A DNA stretch of 64,000 nt from Paraspadella gotoi (taxonomy: Eukaryota; Animalia; Chaetognatha): positions 28,059,778 to 28,123,777 of the forward strand of contig CM119264.1 in assembly GCA_051294375.1 (NCBI GenBank), given 5' to 3'. Positions 1 through 13,100 of this stretch are shown one piece after another. The notes below the pieces were generated by a model. It was not told the origin of the DNA and ran no database searches. It saw only the letters and a list, made by a program, of their open reading frames with translations. A program made the position numbers and the translations under genes. Numbering within the stretch: position 1 is the stretch's first letter; every line of letters begins with the position of its first letter.

Positions 1-3000
1 TTTCTACATGCGTTATAATTTACCAGGAATATTGAAAAATTCAGAATTCCTTATCAAATTCGCCCATAACTTGTGGTACACCAAACGACTACAAGGAAAG
101 TTCAGTATTGAAAACAGCTGCCCAAGCTCAACAGAAAAATTTAGAATTTGTGTTGCTCAATTGCCAATGATATATGATGAAACAACAGGGTTACTTTATT
201 TGGATATCGATAAAACGGACTATGAATTGTCATGGTTAAAATACCCGTTAGCTTCTGTAAGGGAAGTAGATCCTATAAGTTTATTGCAACGCAGTGTTGG
301 AGCAGTGGGTTTTGTTCCTTGTTCAATNNNNNNNNNNNNNNNNNNNNNNNNNNNNNNNNNNNNNNNNNNNNNNNNNNNNNNNNNNNNNNNNNNNNNNNNN
401 NNNNNNNNNNNNNNNNNNNNNNNNNNNNNNNNNNNNNNNNNNNNNNNNNNNNNNNNNNNNNNNNNNNNNNNNNNNNNNNNNNNNNNNNNNNNNNNNNNNN
501 NNNNNNNNNNNNNNNNNNGCATTTACTTTCATGCTGCTTCAAGTGGAAGTATATATTTAGTATTCTCAGGCGTGCCAGAAGATTATANNNNNNNNNNGAT
601 TCGAAAATTCAATGTAAACCCTGTCCTAAGGGTTCTAAAGCGGTAAATGGAATTTGCCAAGGTAACTTATAATATAAAATATATGATTGAGTAATACTCA
701 ATTATTAAAAAATAAGGTTAATTTGCTCCTACCCAAATCAAAAAAAAAAATTATAATTAAAGTAAAAAAATACAAAAAATAATTATTTTGGTAAAGTGTT
801 AAAGAAATTACCTTAAGATATAACACAATTTTCTCATTAATTCATTTTTCTATAGGTGAACATGATTGTAAAATAAAAAATCCCTGTAAAAATGGAGGAA
901 AATGTGTAGAAACCTCAAGTAATGGCTTTTTGTGTGAATGTCCTAAGCACTATTTGGGAAAACTTTGTGAGGGTAAGTTGGTTTTATCATTCAAGAAGAA
1001 TCGAAATCTATGTTTCTTTTGCATATTATTTATGTTATTACAAACATTAAAGACGTCAAAAATAAAGATAACGTTGAGAGACTTAAAGGAGAACAAGTTT
1101 GAGCAATGTCGGATCTGCCTACGATGATTTAGCGGTAATCAGCTAAACAGATGATAATCACGATAATTCTTTGTGATCTCTACGGATCATAACAGATTAT
1201 AACAAACAAATCATAACAGACTTCTTAACAAATCTATGAAAATAACTATAAATCAATTGATCAAGGAGTCAAAGAACCTGTAGCTGCGCCAATACATGTA
1301 AATTGCTTTCAATGGATAAGTCTGAACTGTTACTGCAGTACAATTAATATTTTATAATTTAAAAAATATATTTTATCAATAAATATAATATTTTAAATAT
1401 TTTGTTCATTATTTTACTTGCATAATCTTTTTAATTTGCATAATTTTTTTAATAATTATTTACCGACAAGATTTTGGGGTGAGACCGACGGACCGACAAA
1501 GTGAATTATAGAGTCGGAATCTGGGACAAGCAGATCCGACTAAAAAAGTAATCTACGAAGTCACGAAAGGAGAGAAATTTAATATGTAATTTCGCTGAGA
1601 CGTTTGAAAAATATAATATAATTAATAAGTAAAAATATTCTTTAAGCCGATAATTTCAGAAAAAAAAACCTTTCCGATTATCCCTTGACTTGAATTCAAT
1701 GCAGTCAAAATCCATAAATAATGTTTTTTTTTTTGTATTTTCAATAGTCCCATCAAAATGTGCAAAAAATCCGTGTTACAACGGGGGCGAGTGTAAACAA
1801 ACAAACAACTTCTGGGAATTCGATTGTCTGTGCAAGGCGGATTTCACTGGTGGATTATGCGAAACAGGTCCGTCGATTTAATATTTCATTTTGTTATTAT
1901 TCACTTCTTTCTAAGTCACTTTTCTGTCCGGGTTTATTACGCTAAAGAAGGTAGGATTATATTAGAAAATTATAATCGCATTTAAGTAAGTTCTTCTTAA
2001 AGGGCGGCGTGGTTCTTTTCGGAGTCGTGGTTTGTTGAATCCACTCCTGTCACCACATTTAATTAAGTAGACAGAGATTTCAACATGAAACCAAAAGTGG
2101 ATTTTATTCTCAGATAGAAGATAAGCAAGACGGTGTGAGAATTTGAGACAGATGGATTCAAAAGGGTCAGGGATTTATACAATACAATCGGATCATCGAC
2201 ACGGGCCCCGATAGCATGAAGCGCGTCTTCTCATTGGCCAGTTCCGATGATGATTCATCCAATCAGAGAGTCCTCGGTAGATTTCATCCGAGTCGCGGAT
2301 CCGATTCCATTTTTGGTTCCGATTCCATCTGCGATGATCGTCCGATTAATATTAATAAGAATATTAATATTATTAATCGTTAAAATCACGCGGATTTAAT
2401 GTGAAACGAGGTCAGAAGGAATCACGAGAAGAAGAAAGAGGAGAAGGAAATTTGTAAATCCTTGAAATATAAGGAAAAGTATATATATACGAAAGTATAT
2501 AAAAATGCAAAATTAAAAACATAATATTTTTACGCATTATTGATTTTAGGAATTAAGTTAGAGTCTAAAAATAAAAAAAGGAGCCAATGGTAGTTTTCCT
2601 ATATTCTCAGATCAGAAGATTTGGAATGATATCAATATTGTAAATCCTAACTATCGTTTTAATTGGAACTCTAATCGCGAAGAAAACTTAAAAAAAGTAT
2701 ATCTTCTTTTTTTCCTTTCGTTTTCTTTTAAAATAAAAATTGCGCGATGCAAATCAAACTATTTCATTTAAACCTGATGAATTTATGTCAAAATATTCCA
2801 AGCTGTTGCGCCGCATTACTTTTCTTGTCATGTCATGTCATGTCATTTATTTCTTATCGTTTATAAGATTTCTTTAAAATCAAAAGGCGGAGCTAGTAGT
2901 CTCTTATATTTGATTTTTTTTAACGTAAGACCGATGGAAAGAAATACCGACGGACCGACAGACGTACCGACCGACCGAAAAGTGACTTATAGAGTTGCTC

Positions 3001-4251
3001 CGCGAGTACTCGCGGCGCAACTAAAATCAGGGCAAGCTCTTCAGACACAAAGCTATCGGAATCGCGAACTTAGAAGTCTTTCATGTAACAGGAAAATATA
3101 GCAATCCCCTTTGCAATTTTAAGTTTGTAAACTTTCCCGTTCATTTCTATAGTAAAAACGAGGTTTGAAAATTCTCTGCAGATGAGGAGTGCATTTCGCC
3201 TTGGTTGTTTGATATCAAATCCTTTATCAAATGCGATAAAACGAATAGGACAAGCTTTTCAGATGAAACGCTATCGGAATCTCGCGTCTTTACAACTGTT
3301 TTTTACCCGAATTTCTGGCCATCGCGTTTGCAATTTGGATAGTATGGCAACAGCCGGGTTGCCTGTGATGCCCGTTGGGATGGGGCATCTCACTGTTGGC
3401 TTTGGGGGCTTCCGACCCTCAGTGACGCCTCCAGTCACTGGCGAGGTTACCCTAGGATGGTCTCGCTTTGCCAACGCAGAGGGAAGTCGTTAGGACTGTG
3501 GATGGATCACTATGCCTGGGATGGTGTGTTCCCCCTCTGAGCCAATGGATTTTATAAAAATTATCCATTCATTTAATAAATAAGCCCTTACTTTGGACAG
3601 GCTTTGGTGGTTTAAGGCCTCCATCACTCTTTCAAGATAATGACATAGCAGGTCCCTGCAAGTTTTCAATCAAGACTCTTTCACAGTCTCGTTTATTCAC
3701 TCCCAGAGTATCTGGCTTCCCTATCAATGAAGTGGAAAATATTTCAAAGAATGTTTCAATTGTATGAAAATACCACTGCACTCCCTTAAGTATTAGATCG
3801 GGGAATACTTATTGTACTCCGCACTAGCATCAAAATACAAGGAGCTGAATTTTATGAAATTGGTACAACCAATATAAATATTATCCATTCATTTAATAAA
3901 TAAGCTATCTTGCCCCTGACTTTGGACAGGCTTTGGTGGTTTAAGGCCTCCATCACTCTTTCAAGATAATGACATAGCATATTTTAGAAATAAGATTTTA
4001 GATTCGGAAAAAAATAATCTAAGGAGGCTACTGATTTTTCTTATTTATAAGTGTAAATCTTTAAAGATTAAAAAGTTATTCTCATCAAATATACCCAGAT
4101 TAATTAAAAATTTAATAAAGTTTAATAATCAAAATTTAAAGAAACCTTTCTGTTTATCAATTTTAGCTATTTCTTCGGCGCGATTTCAACCAGTCAAAGC
4201 GAAATCAGTAGCAAAAGGATCCTCTCCGACAACCCTGGTGACTGGAATTCA
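1..4251 (+). CDS. Partial second copy of the MACPF gene (exon end 1-661, EGF 856-972, EGF 1748-1867, lectin exon a 4167-4251)
   Basis: Near-identical to 9116-13769; the small exons here are frameshift-free; N gaps at 328-518 and 588-597. Confidence 0.8.
1092..1547 (-). mobile_element. Helentron-associated non-autonomous element (HINE/DINE-1-like), short complete copy (duplicate ~10601-11053)
   Basis: 5' stem-loop agtcggatctgc..cagattccgact followed by (gtcg/gtcc)n; 3' end repeats gcagatccgac and ends aaacttgtt; T-rich flanks, no TSD. Confidence 0.6.
3343..3550 (+). mobile_element. GC-rich dispersed repeat containing a 5S rRNA-derived internal promoter segment (other copies ~12861-13068 + and 31728-31931 -)
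   Basis: 3461-3521 ctcgctttgccaacgcagagggaagtcgttaggactgtggatggatcactatgcctggga aligns by eye to 5S ctcggaagctaagcagggtcgggcctggttagtacttggatgggagaccgcctggga (A box, intermediate element, C box). Confidence 0.65.
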
Positions 4252-7179
4252 GTGAGTATATTTTTAAATTTTTAGTCGGATCTGCTTATCAGCAGATGCA
4301 CGACTCGCTATAACTCAACTTGGTCGGTCCGATCGAGTTCCGCCCCGTCAATATTGTCGGGACATACTTTATATCATGTCCAGAACATCGAATTATGATA
4401 AATTATGCAAAAAAATCGATGTCCGTCCGTCCGTCTGTCCATCCGTCCGTCGTCCATCCGTTCCGTCCGTCCGTCCGTCCGTTCCGTCCCACCTTAGCAA
4501 AATACTCCAATTACTCGTGATTGATGGATGGATTGGTATGAAATTTTTGTTGTGTGGGTAGGAAACTGTGTGATTTGAGACGGAGATGAAGTTTCGAGGG
4601 AATCGTGCAATGTGGAAATTGTTTAAATGGAAAAAACAAATATATTTTCACTATTTGAACGCCAATTGCTCATGAGTGGATAGGGCTAACTTGATTTGTA
4701 ATTTTGTATTGATTGGTTAACATGGACGCTGTGTATAGTAATTTGATGGACTAGAGATTTTTATCAGGTAAAAAAAAGCTTTCATACGGGAACATGGATG
4801 ATGTGCCTGATAGCTACGCCGGCGAATGAAATGGATCTTACAGATTGAGTTAACATCGGAATAAAGTTAAACAGTCGAAATTAGTTTACGCTCATCGGTC
4901 ACACCGTATTAGCGTCAGACTAACAATTAACCCGATTAGTGCTATACAGATTTTATCTCACATGGAATTAAGTTATCAATTTTTGGAGTGATCTGAGTAC
5001 TATCTAGGATATGTTTCATACAAGGATCGAAATCGCTTCTAGCATCATACAAAGAGGTAATTTCCTTAATTTTTATGGTGTGTCCAACGTGAAAATGGGT
5101 TCATTCGATGAGTCCAATCGTAGGGGCAAAATGGATAGTGTACATTTTTTGATGGGAATCGTGAGAGTGGCAAGAAGGGACGTTCCAAAGTAGTGATGAA
5201 GTGTGACATACAATAAATGGCACTTGTTTTAATTGTTTAGCGACAAGGCATATCATGGTAAGGTTTGAGATTTGATTTCAATAGTGCTCTGGCTACCTAT
5301 ATCTGCAGATACGACTCTTCTCACTCGTGAATCTAGGCATCGCTATTCGAAAATCAGTACCCGGTGCAGTTGAGCCAATCTGAGTGGAAACAATTAACTC
5401 GCCAGGATTGACAATAAATTATGCTTTTAGAGATCAAGTCTCCTCGCTAAGCCAGCTCTATATGAACGACACTTAATGAACTATACCTGCGGTTAGAATA
5501 CTAAATAGGCTGACTGCTGCCTTAGACCAATACTCATGGAGTCATGTTGACTCCTAGAAGTTATAAAAAGTCTAGCTAGGTAAGGTGGGATGTCGGTAAT
5601 CTGGAGGGCCAGAGATCGGAGTGCTAACGCTTGAGCAGGCAAGGATTCGGCCAGTATGTGGAACGGAACTCTAGTGAGGGCGCAGTTTGTACACACATTA
5701 TGCCGGTTGACCAATTATCTTAATTGATCACTGGGAAGAATGGGTATCTAGCTAAAGGTAGGTACTAACTAGTCTCTCATCAGTTAATAGAGGTAAGTAA
5801 AGATATGGAGTCTAATAAGTCTAAAGTATAGTAAAGACGGTTATGTACAAAATAAGAGGGAGAGGAGGGAGGTTTCTTGTCCCCGACTTGTGAGTTGAGC
5901 TGAGAGTGAATCCTTGGTCCCGGCCCGAGGGTTGCCGGAGGGATAAGGAGGAGGGGATGAGGAGGAGGGAGAGGACGACGGGATGGGGAAGAGCTGTGGT
6001 GGTAAACCGCCCCTCTATCTTGCGCCCCTTCTTAACCGAGACGTCCATGGGCACAAATGGCGTAGGTGGCGTCGTCTTCTGCTGGCTTGGTGAAATTGCC
6101 GTCAGAGAGAGATTTTTGGGGGCATTGATGTCTCATGCGGGATTCGGGAGTCCAAAGGAGTTCGGAGGGGGGGTCGCTGGTTCAGTGAAGTGTTAGTGAC
6201 GAAGGCAGTTCTCAAAAGAGTTTATGGGACAGAAGGAAGTTTTGGGAGATCGGAGTAGTTTGGAGAGGGGAATCGTCTTTGGATAAATTTTTAATGTTGA
6301 CCGCGCAGTTGGTTGGCGCAGGGTCAAGTCGCTGCACTCTTAGTCGGGGGCGGGGAGCGGGTTAGTGGGGATTACAATTCAAAACTGAAGATGCTATACT
6401 ATTACATAGATCCACAACACATACATACGGCGCTACACAGTACAATTGAATGGGAATGGGGGAGTTAAAGTTGTGAGACAATTTTTTTTCTCACCTATGA
6501 AATACGTTGTTTTTTTTTCGTATTTTATCTTTTTTCTGTTTTAACAAGATGCTGCTTTTTTTTTATTAAGCTCCTTTTTATATTTCATTTTTATATCATT
6601 ATCTTTTTCTTTCTCTTTTTTTTTTATTTTTTGTTATTAAGTTTGGACAGAGAAACAAAGGAACCAAAAATAAAATTCAACAGGGGTAATCGTAGTGTTA
6701 TTGATATATAATGGGATTTAAGTTAAGCCAATATTATCCATTCAACTGAAACCAAAGGGGTCATAAGAAATGAATAAAACTGAAATTGCTAAAGTTCAGT
6801 AAATGGTAAACAAAAGGGTCACTTTAATTGAATGGTAAACAAAGGGACATTTTTAGTGAATAAAACTTAGATTAATAGAATTCATCAGATGGTTGGTCAA
6901 ATTTAACAAGTTAAACATGAATTAAATAAAAAATTTAAAAAAAAAACGAATAAAAGAAAAAAAGTCACCATTAGGGAAAATTGAGGTCTGAATTACATAG
7001 TCAATGACGATAAAAGACGACAAAAGGATTAGATAACAATACATTTCAAATGCTGCATGTGACGGTAATTCGGTTTTGGAGACAACTGAAATGGAGCAAG
7101 AGCAAAGTTATATGCATTGAAAAGCATTTAAAAGATAAAATTCTATCGAATACCTAATAAAAATATTATCTTTTTCCAG

Positions 7180-10170
7180 CTGACACATTACAAAAACAGA
7201 GCAAAAATAAGGAATTGGCAGTATACATGACAAAATAATGAAAAAACCTGATTCTTTGATAAAAGGAGATGAGGCAAAGGAAGGACTGGAAGCATTGAAA
7301 GCCTTGAAGGCAAAAGATGTTACTTTTGAAAGGTTACAAGGCTTCGATGGGATCGAAGAATACGAGCCATCAGGTTGGAGAATTGAAGCAACTCCAGATA
7401 AAAAGGAAAATGAACCGGAGGGAGAAAATGAGCTGGCTTCGACTTGGCCTATGGGAGTAGGAGTGGCAATGATGAGCGGCTGTTTTGGAAATAATTATCA
7501 ATTGGAGATCCATGCTATGATTTCGCTAGAAATTCGCCAATATGTCTCAATCAAATTGATGCAGCAAACTTTCTGGGTGTTGGTTTTGACGGCCGAGGCT
7601 TCTATTCATCAGAAAGTCGTAAAAAAAGCATCATTCAAAGAACTGCGCGGGAAAAGCTACTTTTATGGACAAAGATGTACCAGACTGCATGAAACGCGTT
7701 TGGAATATACGACTATACGATTCATACTGAACCTTTCAAAATGCTGAAAAATATGTTCATTATTTGCAAGAAAAAGCAGCAACATCTGAACAGCAAACGA
7801 TGTTTCACATGAAGCAGAATCTTTTGGACAAGGAAAAAGCATTGGAGGCAACCTTGGAATGATGGTGGTCTGGTAGGAATGGCTGCTGGAGCGGTAGCTG
7901 GGAAAAAGTCTGGAGGAGCTCAAGCAGGTGCGGATGCAGGAGCAAAATTGGGAGCTGCCATTGGTCAGTCATCGGTGGTGGATATGGTGAAGGAAAGGGA
8001 GGAAGCAGAGGAAGAAGCAATGGTAGAAGAAAAGCTAATGTTGCTTCTTTGAATGCCGAATCAAAAACGGTCGATCAGCCACCCATATGATCGCAGTTTT
8101 GGAAGCTGATTTGAAATTGTTTGAAATCGTACTTGATGAAATAAAACCTACGGATTTGTCTGCTAGTTTTTTGAACGACTTTCTCAGACTACCGCATTCG
8201 TACTGGAGTGTGATGGGGATATTAAATTTCAAAATTTTATTCTTCGATGGGGAACACATTATGTTAAATCAGCAAAATTTGGAGGTGAACTGAGAATATA
8301 AAAACATCTAAAAGAACGTCAAAACTTAATACAGATCAGTTTGCAAGCCAGTCACAATCTGAATTTGCCTCAATGATGGGGTTCTGAGAAGCAGCTACCA
8401 ACAAAAAGAGTATAAGGTAGGGTTTTTAGGCCTTGGAGCCAAATATAGCAAAGGAAGTCAGCAGGCACAAGCTACTCAAAAGCAAGAAAGTTGGTTTAAA
8501 TAAAAACCAAAGAATCAAGGGGTACAAAGAGGCAGACAATCTGAGTTTATAAAGACTAAAATTGAAGCCAAAGGAGGTGATCCTGAAATCGCAGCAGCAA
8601 TTACAGATTTTTACACCCCAAGGTTTCGTGAGTTGTTTATAAAATGGTTGGACAGCATAGATGAGTTTCAAAGACCTTTTGAGTTCACGCTCGGAAAAAT
8701 CAGCAGTATTCTCAATATGAATACCGACTCATTATTTCCCACGGAATTCCTCAAACTGCCTGCTTCCAAAAAAAAAACTTAAAAAGGGATAAAAAAAGTG
8801 GTTTATCTTACTTTGAATTTAATAAGGTTGAACGTGATAACAAGAACAAAACGTTTGTTGTGAAACGAAAAAACATTTGTAAATTTGGTCATTCTAAGGA
8901 AGTCTTTATGGAAGCTTTAATGAGAAAAAGACTCGCGTTAGAAAGAGCAGAGAACATTTACATGCGGAAGGTCCATTTTCGACAACAAGCTTTGATATTC
9001 CCGGCGGAGAAGCAGGTTGCGAATCTGAAACTATTGAATATGAAGAAGCTGGTCACCAGACGGTTAAATATTGGCCCTCATGGAAAGAACTAGGGTCTAA
9101 TGTTTATAAAGTCGTTTTCTACATGCGTTATAATTTACCAGGAATATTGAAAAATTCAGAATTCCTTATCAAATTCGCCCATAACTTGTGGTACACCAAA
9201 CGACTACAAGGAAAGTTCAGTATTGAAAACAGCTGCCCAAGCTCAACAGAAAAATTTAGAATTTGTGTTGCTCAATTGCCAATGATATATGATGAAACAA
9301 CAGGGTACTTTATTTGGATATCGATAAAACGGACTATGAATTTGTCATGGTTAAAATACCCGTTAGCTTCTGTAAGGGAAGTAGATCCTATAAGTTTATT
9401 GCAACGCAGTGTTGGAGCAGTGGGTTTTGTTCCTTGTTCAATAAAATGGTCGAACACTCATAAAGTGAGAGTTACTGAAAAAGGATCTTGCATTTTACTT
9501 TCATGCTGCTTCAAGTGGAAGTATATATTTAGTATTCTCAGGCGTGCCAGAAGATTATAAAAAGTGGTTTTACCTTCAAATGACGCCGTCAGGTGTCGTA
9601 TACTATCAAGCAATGAAAATAGCTAAAAGTCAGCATTCAGAGCAGGCCAGTAACAACGGGCAAAGAAACACTATTTACAGGTTTCTTTATATGCATTTTT
9701 GCATCAGCAGATGGTTTGCGAATCGATTTTGGGAAAGCTCCAGAAGAATCTGAAGTAGGAATAGTGTTGACATCTCATACTTATTCTGATTTCATTAAAT
9801 ATGATGTGATGTATTTTACATTTGGTAGTGGAGAGAATAAAATTAGTATTAATGATGTTAGAGTAGTCAAAGAAAAACCTAAGCTTTCATGTGGTAAGGA
9901 TTTAACTCTAATTAATGACGTTTGTAATTACAATGTCATAAGCAGTGTATTGGTTGCAACAAGCAAATGACCCAAAGTCTTGTATTAAATGTGTGAACAA
10001 AAAGTAATGCTTAATCAAATGAGTTTTATTTGTACTGAAAAATGTCCTTCAGAATTTTTAGAAAAGGAAATCAGTGTCAATGTAAAATTGGAGGTGTTGT
10101 TGAAATTGATTCGAAAATTCAATGTAAACCCTGTCCTAAGGGTTCTAAGCGGTAAATGGAATTTGCCAAG
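7180..10170 (+). CDS. Large exon: MACPF domain, downstream beta-rich domain and furin-like Cys-rich repeat (many apparent sequencing frameshifts)
   Basis: Acceptor tttttccag at 7179. Pieced translation gives IDAANFLGVGFDGRGFYSSESRKKSIIQR (from 7555), the MACPF signature WGTHYVKSAKFGG (8248-8286; consensus Y/W-G-T/S-H-F/Y-X6-GG) and IEAKGGDPEIAAAITDFYTPRFRELFIKWLDSIDEF (from 8561). The Cys-rich tail ends ICTEKCP..QCKPCPKGSKAVNGICQ. Donor gtaact at 10171. Confidence 0.88.
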
Positions 10171-13100
10171 GTAACTTATAATATAAAATATATGATTGAG
10201 TAATACTCAATTATTAAAAAATAAGGTTAATTTGCTCCTACCCAAATAAAAAAAAAAAATTATAATTAAAGTAAAAAAATACAAAAAATAATTATTTTGG
10301 TAAAGTGTTAAAGAAATTACCTTAAGATATAACACAATTTTCTCATTAATTCATTTTTCTATAGGTGAACATGATTGTAAAATAAAAAATCCCTGTAAAA
10401 ATGGAGGAAAATGTGTAGAAACCTCAAGTAATGGCTTTTTGTGTGAATGTCCTAAGCACTATTTGGGAAAACTTGTGAGGGTAAGTTGGTTTTATCATTC
10501 AAGAAGAATCGAAATCTATGTTTCTTTTGCATATTATTTATGTTATTACAAACATTAAAGACGTCAAAAATAAAGATAACGTTGAGAGACTTAAAGGAGA
10601 ACAAGTTTGAGCAATGTCGGATCTGCCTACGATGATTTAGCGGTAATCAGCTAAACAGATGATAATCACGATAATTCTTTGTGATCTCTACGGATCATAA
10701 CAGATTATAACAAACAAATCATAACAGACTTCTTAACAAATCTATGAAAATAACTATAAATCAATTGATCAAGGAGTCAAAGAACCTGTAGCTGCGCCAA
10801 TACATGTAAATTGCTTTCAATGGATAAGTCTGAACTGTTACTGCAGTACAATTAATATTTTATAATTTAAAAAATATATTTTATCAATAAATATAATATT
10901 TTTAAATATTTTGTTCATTATTTTACTTGCATAATCTTTTTAATTTGCATAATTTTTTTAATAATTATTACCGACAAGATTTGGGGTGAGACCGACGGAC
11001 CGACAAAGTGAATTATAGAGTCGGAATCTGGGACAAGCAGATCCGACTAAAAAGTAATCTACGAAGTCACGAAAGGAGAGAAATTTAATATGTAATTTCG
11101 CTGAGACGTTTGAAAAATATAATATAATTAATAAGTAAAAATATTCTTTAAGCCGATAATTTCAGAAAAAAAAACCTTTCCGATTATCCCTTGACTTGAA
11201 TTCAATGCAGTCAAAATCCATAAATAATGTTTTTTTTTTTGTATTTTCAATTAGTCCCATCAAAATGTGCAAAAAATCCGTGTTACAACGGGGCGAGTGT
11301 AAACAAACAAACAACTTCTGGGAATTCGATTGTCTGTGCAAGGCGGATTTCACTGGTGGATTATGCGAAACAGGTCCGTCGATTTAATATTTCATTTTGT
11401 TATTATTCACTTCTTTCTAAGTCACTTTTCTGTCCGGGTTTATTACGCTAAAGAAGGTAGGATTATATTAGAAAATTATAATCGCATTTAAGTAAGTTCT
11501 TCTTAAAGGGCGGCGTGGTTCTTTTCGGAGTCGTGGTTTGTTGAATCCACTCCTGTCACCACATTTAATTAAGTAGACAGAGATTTCAACATGAAACCAA
11601 AAGTGGATTTTATTCTCAGATAGAAGATAAGCAAGACGGTGTGAGAATTTGAGACAGATGGATTCAAAAGGGTCAGGGATTTATACAATACAATCGGATC
11701 ATCGACACGGGCCCCGATAGCATGAAGCGCGTCTTCTCATTGGCCAGTTCCGATGATGATTCATCCAATCAGAGAGTCCTCGGTAGATTTCATCCGAGTC
11801 GCGGATCCGATTCCATTTTTGGTTCCGATTCCATCTGCGATGATCGTCCGATTAATATTAATAAGAATATTAATATTATTAATCGTAAAATCACGCGGAT
11901 TTAATGTGAAACGAGGTCAGAAGGAATCACGAGAAGAAGAAAGAGGAGAAGGAAATTTGTAAATCCTTGAAATATAAGGAAAAGTATATATATACGAAAG
12001 TATATAAAATGCAAAATTAAAAACATAATATTTTTACGCATTATTGATTTTAGGAATTAAGTTAGAGTCTAAAAATAAAAAAAGGAGCCAATGGTAGTTT
12101 TTCCTATATTCTCAGATCAGAAGATTTGGAATGATATCAATATTGTAAATCCTAACTATCGTTTTAATTGAACTTCTAATCGCGAAGAGAAACTTAAAAA
12201 AAGTATATACTTTTTTTTTCCTTTCGTTTTCTGTAAAATAAAAATTGCGCGATGCAAATCAAACTATTTCATTTAAACCTGATGAAATTTATGTAAAATA
12301 TTCCAAGCTAGTTGCGCCGCATTTACGTTTTCTTGTCATGTCATGTCAATGTCATTTATTTCTTATCGTTTATAACGATTTTCTTTAAAATCAAAAGGCG
12401 GAGCTAGTAGTCTCTTATATTTATATCTTTTTTATACGTAAGACCGATGGAACAGAAAATACCGACAGGACCGACAGACGGTACCGACCACGAAAAGTGA
12501 CTATATAGATGCTTGCTCCGCGAGTACTCGCCGGGCGCAACTAAAATAGGCAAGCTCTCTCAGACACAAGCTATCGAATCGCGAACTTTAGAAGTCTTTC
12601 ATGTAACAGGAAAATATAGCAATCCCCTTTGCAATTTTAAGTTTGTAAACTTTCCCGTTCATTTCTATAGTAAAAACGAGGTTTGAAAATTCTCTGCAGA
12701 TGAGGAGTGCATTTCGCCTTGGTTGTTTGATATCAAATCCTTTATCAAATGCGATAAAACGAATAGGACAAGCTTTTCAGATGAAACGCTATCGGAATCT
12801 CGCGTCTTTACAACTGTTTTTTACCCGAATTTCTGGCCATCGCGTTTGCAATTTGGATAGTATGGCAACAGCCGGTTGCCTGTGATGCCCGTTGGGATGG
12901 GGCATCTCACTGTTGGCTTTGGGGGCTTCCGACCCTCAGTGACGCCTCCAGTCACTGGCGAGGTTACCCTAGGATGGTCTCGCTTTGCCAACGCAGAGGG
13001 AAGTCGTTAGGACTGTGGATGGATCACTATGCCTGGGATGGTGTGTTCCCCTCTGAGCCAATGGAATTTTATAAAAATTATCCATTCATTTAATTAAATA

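Larger units (their letters stand above)
1..7105 (+). repeat. Direct segmental duplicate of 9116-16161 (probably assembly/haplotype artefact)
   Basis: Position 1 aligns to 9116 and identity stops after gagcaagagcaa (7105 vs 16161); differences are mostly 1-bp indels; about 4700-5700 is not shared. Confidence 0.85.

Noticed and set aside
220-672. ORFs spanning N runs
   Set aside because: Open only because of gap characters; only the frames matching the MACPF exon are meaningful.
3461-3521. Functional 5S rRNA gene
   Set aside because: Only the internal ~60 nt resemble 5S, with indels; the 5' and 3' helices and T-run terminator are missing.
4700-5700. Unique-looking sequence with short ORFs (5011-5193, 5493-5714)
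   Set aside because: Replaces a repeat tract present in the duplicate copy and fades in and out of similarity to it; most likely low-quality read sequence.
7238-10174. Pseudogene call, or a series of small separate genes
   Set aside because: Fragments join into one MACPF reading frame through 1-bp indels, several of which are absent from the duplicate copy.
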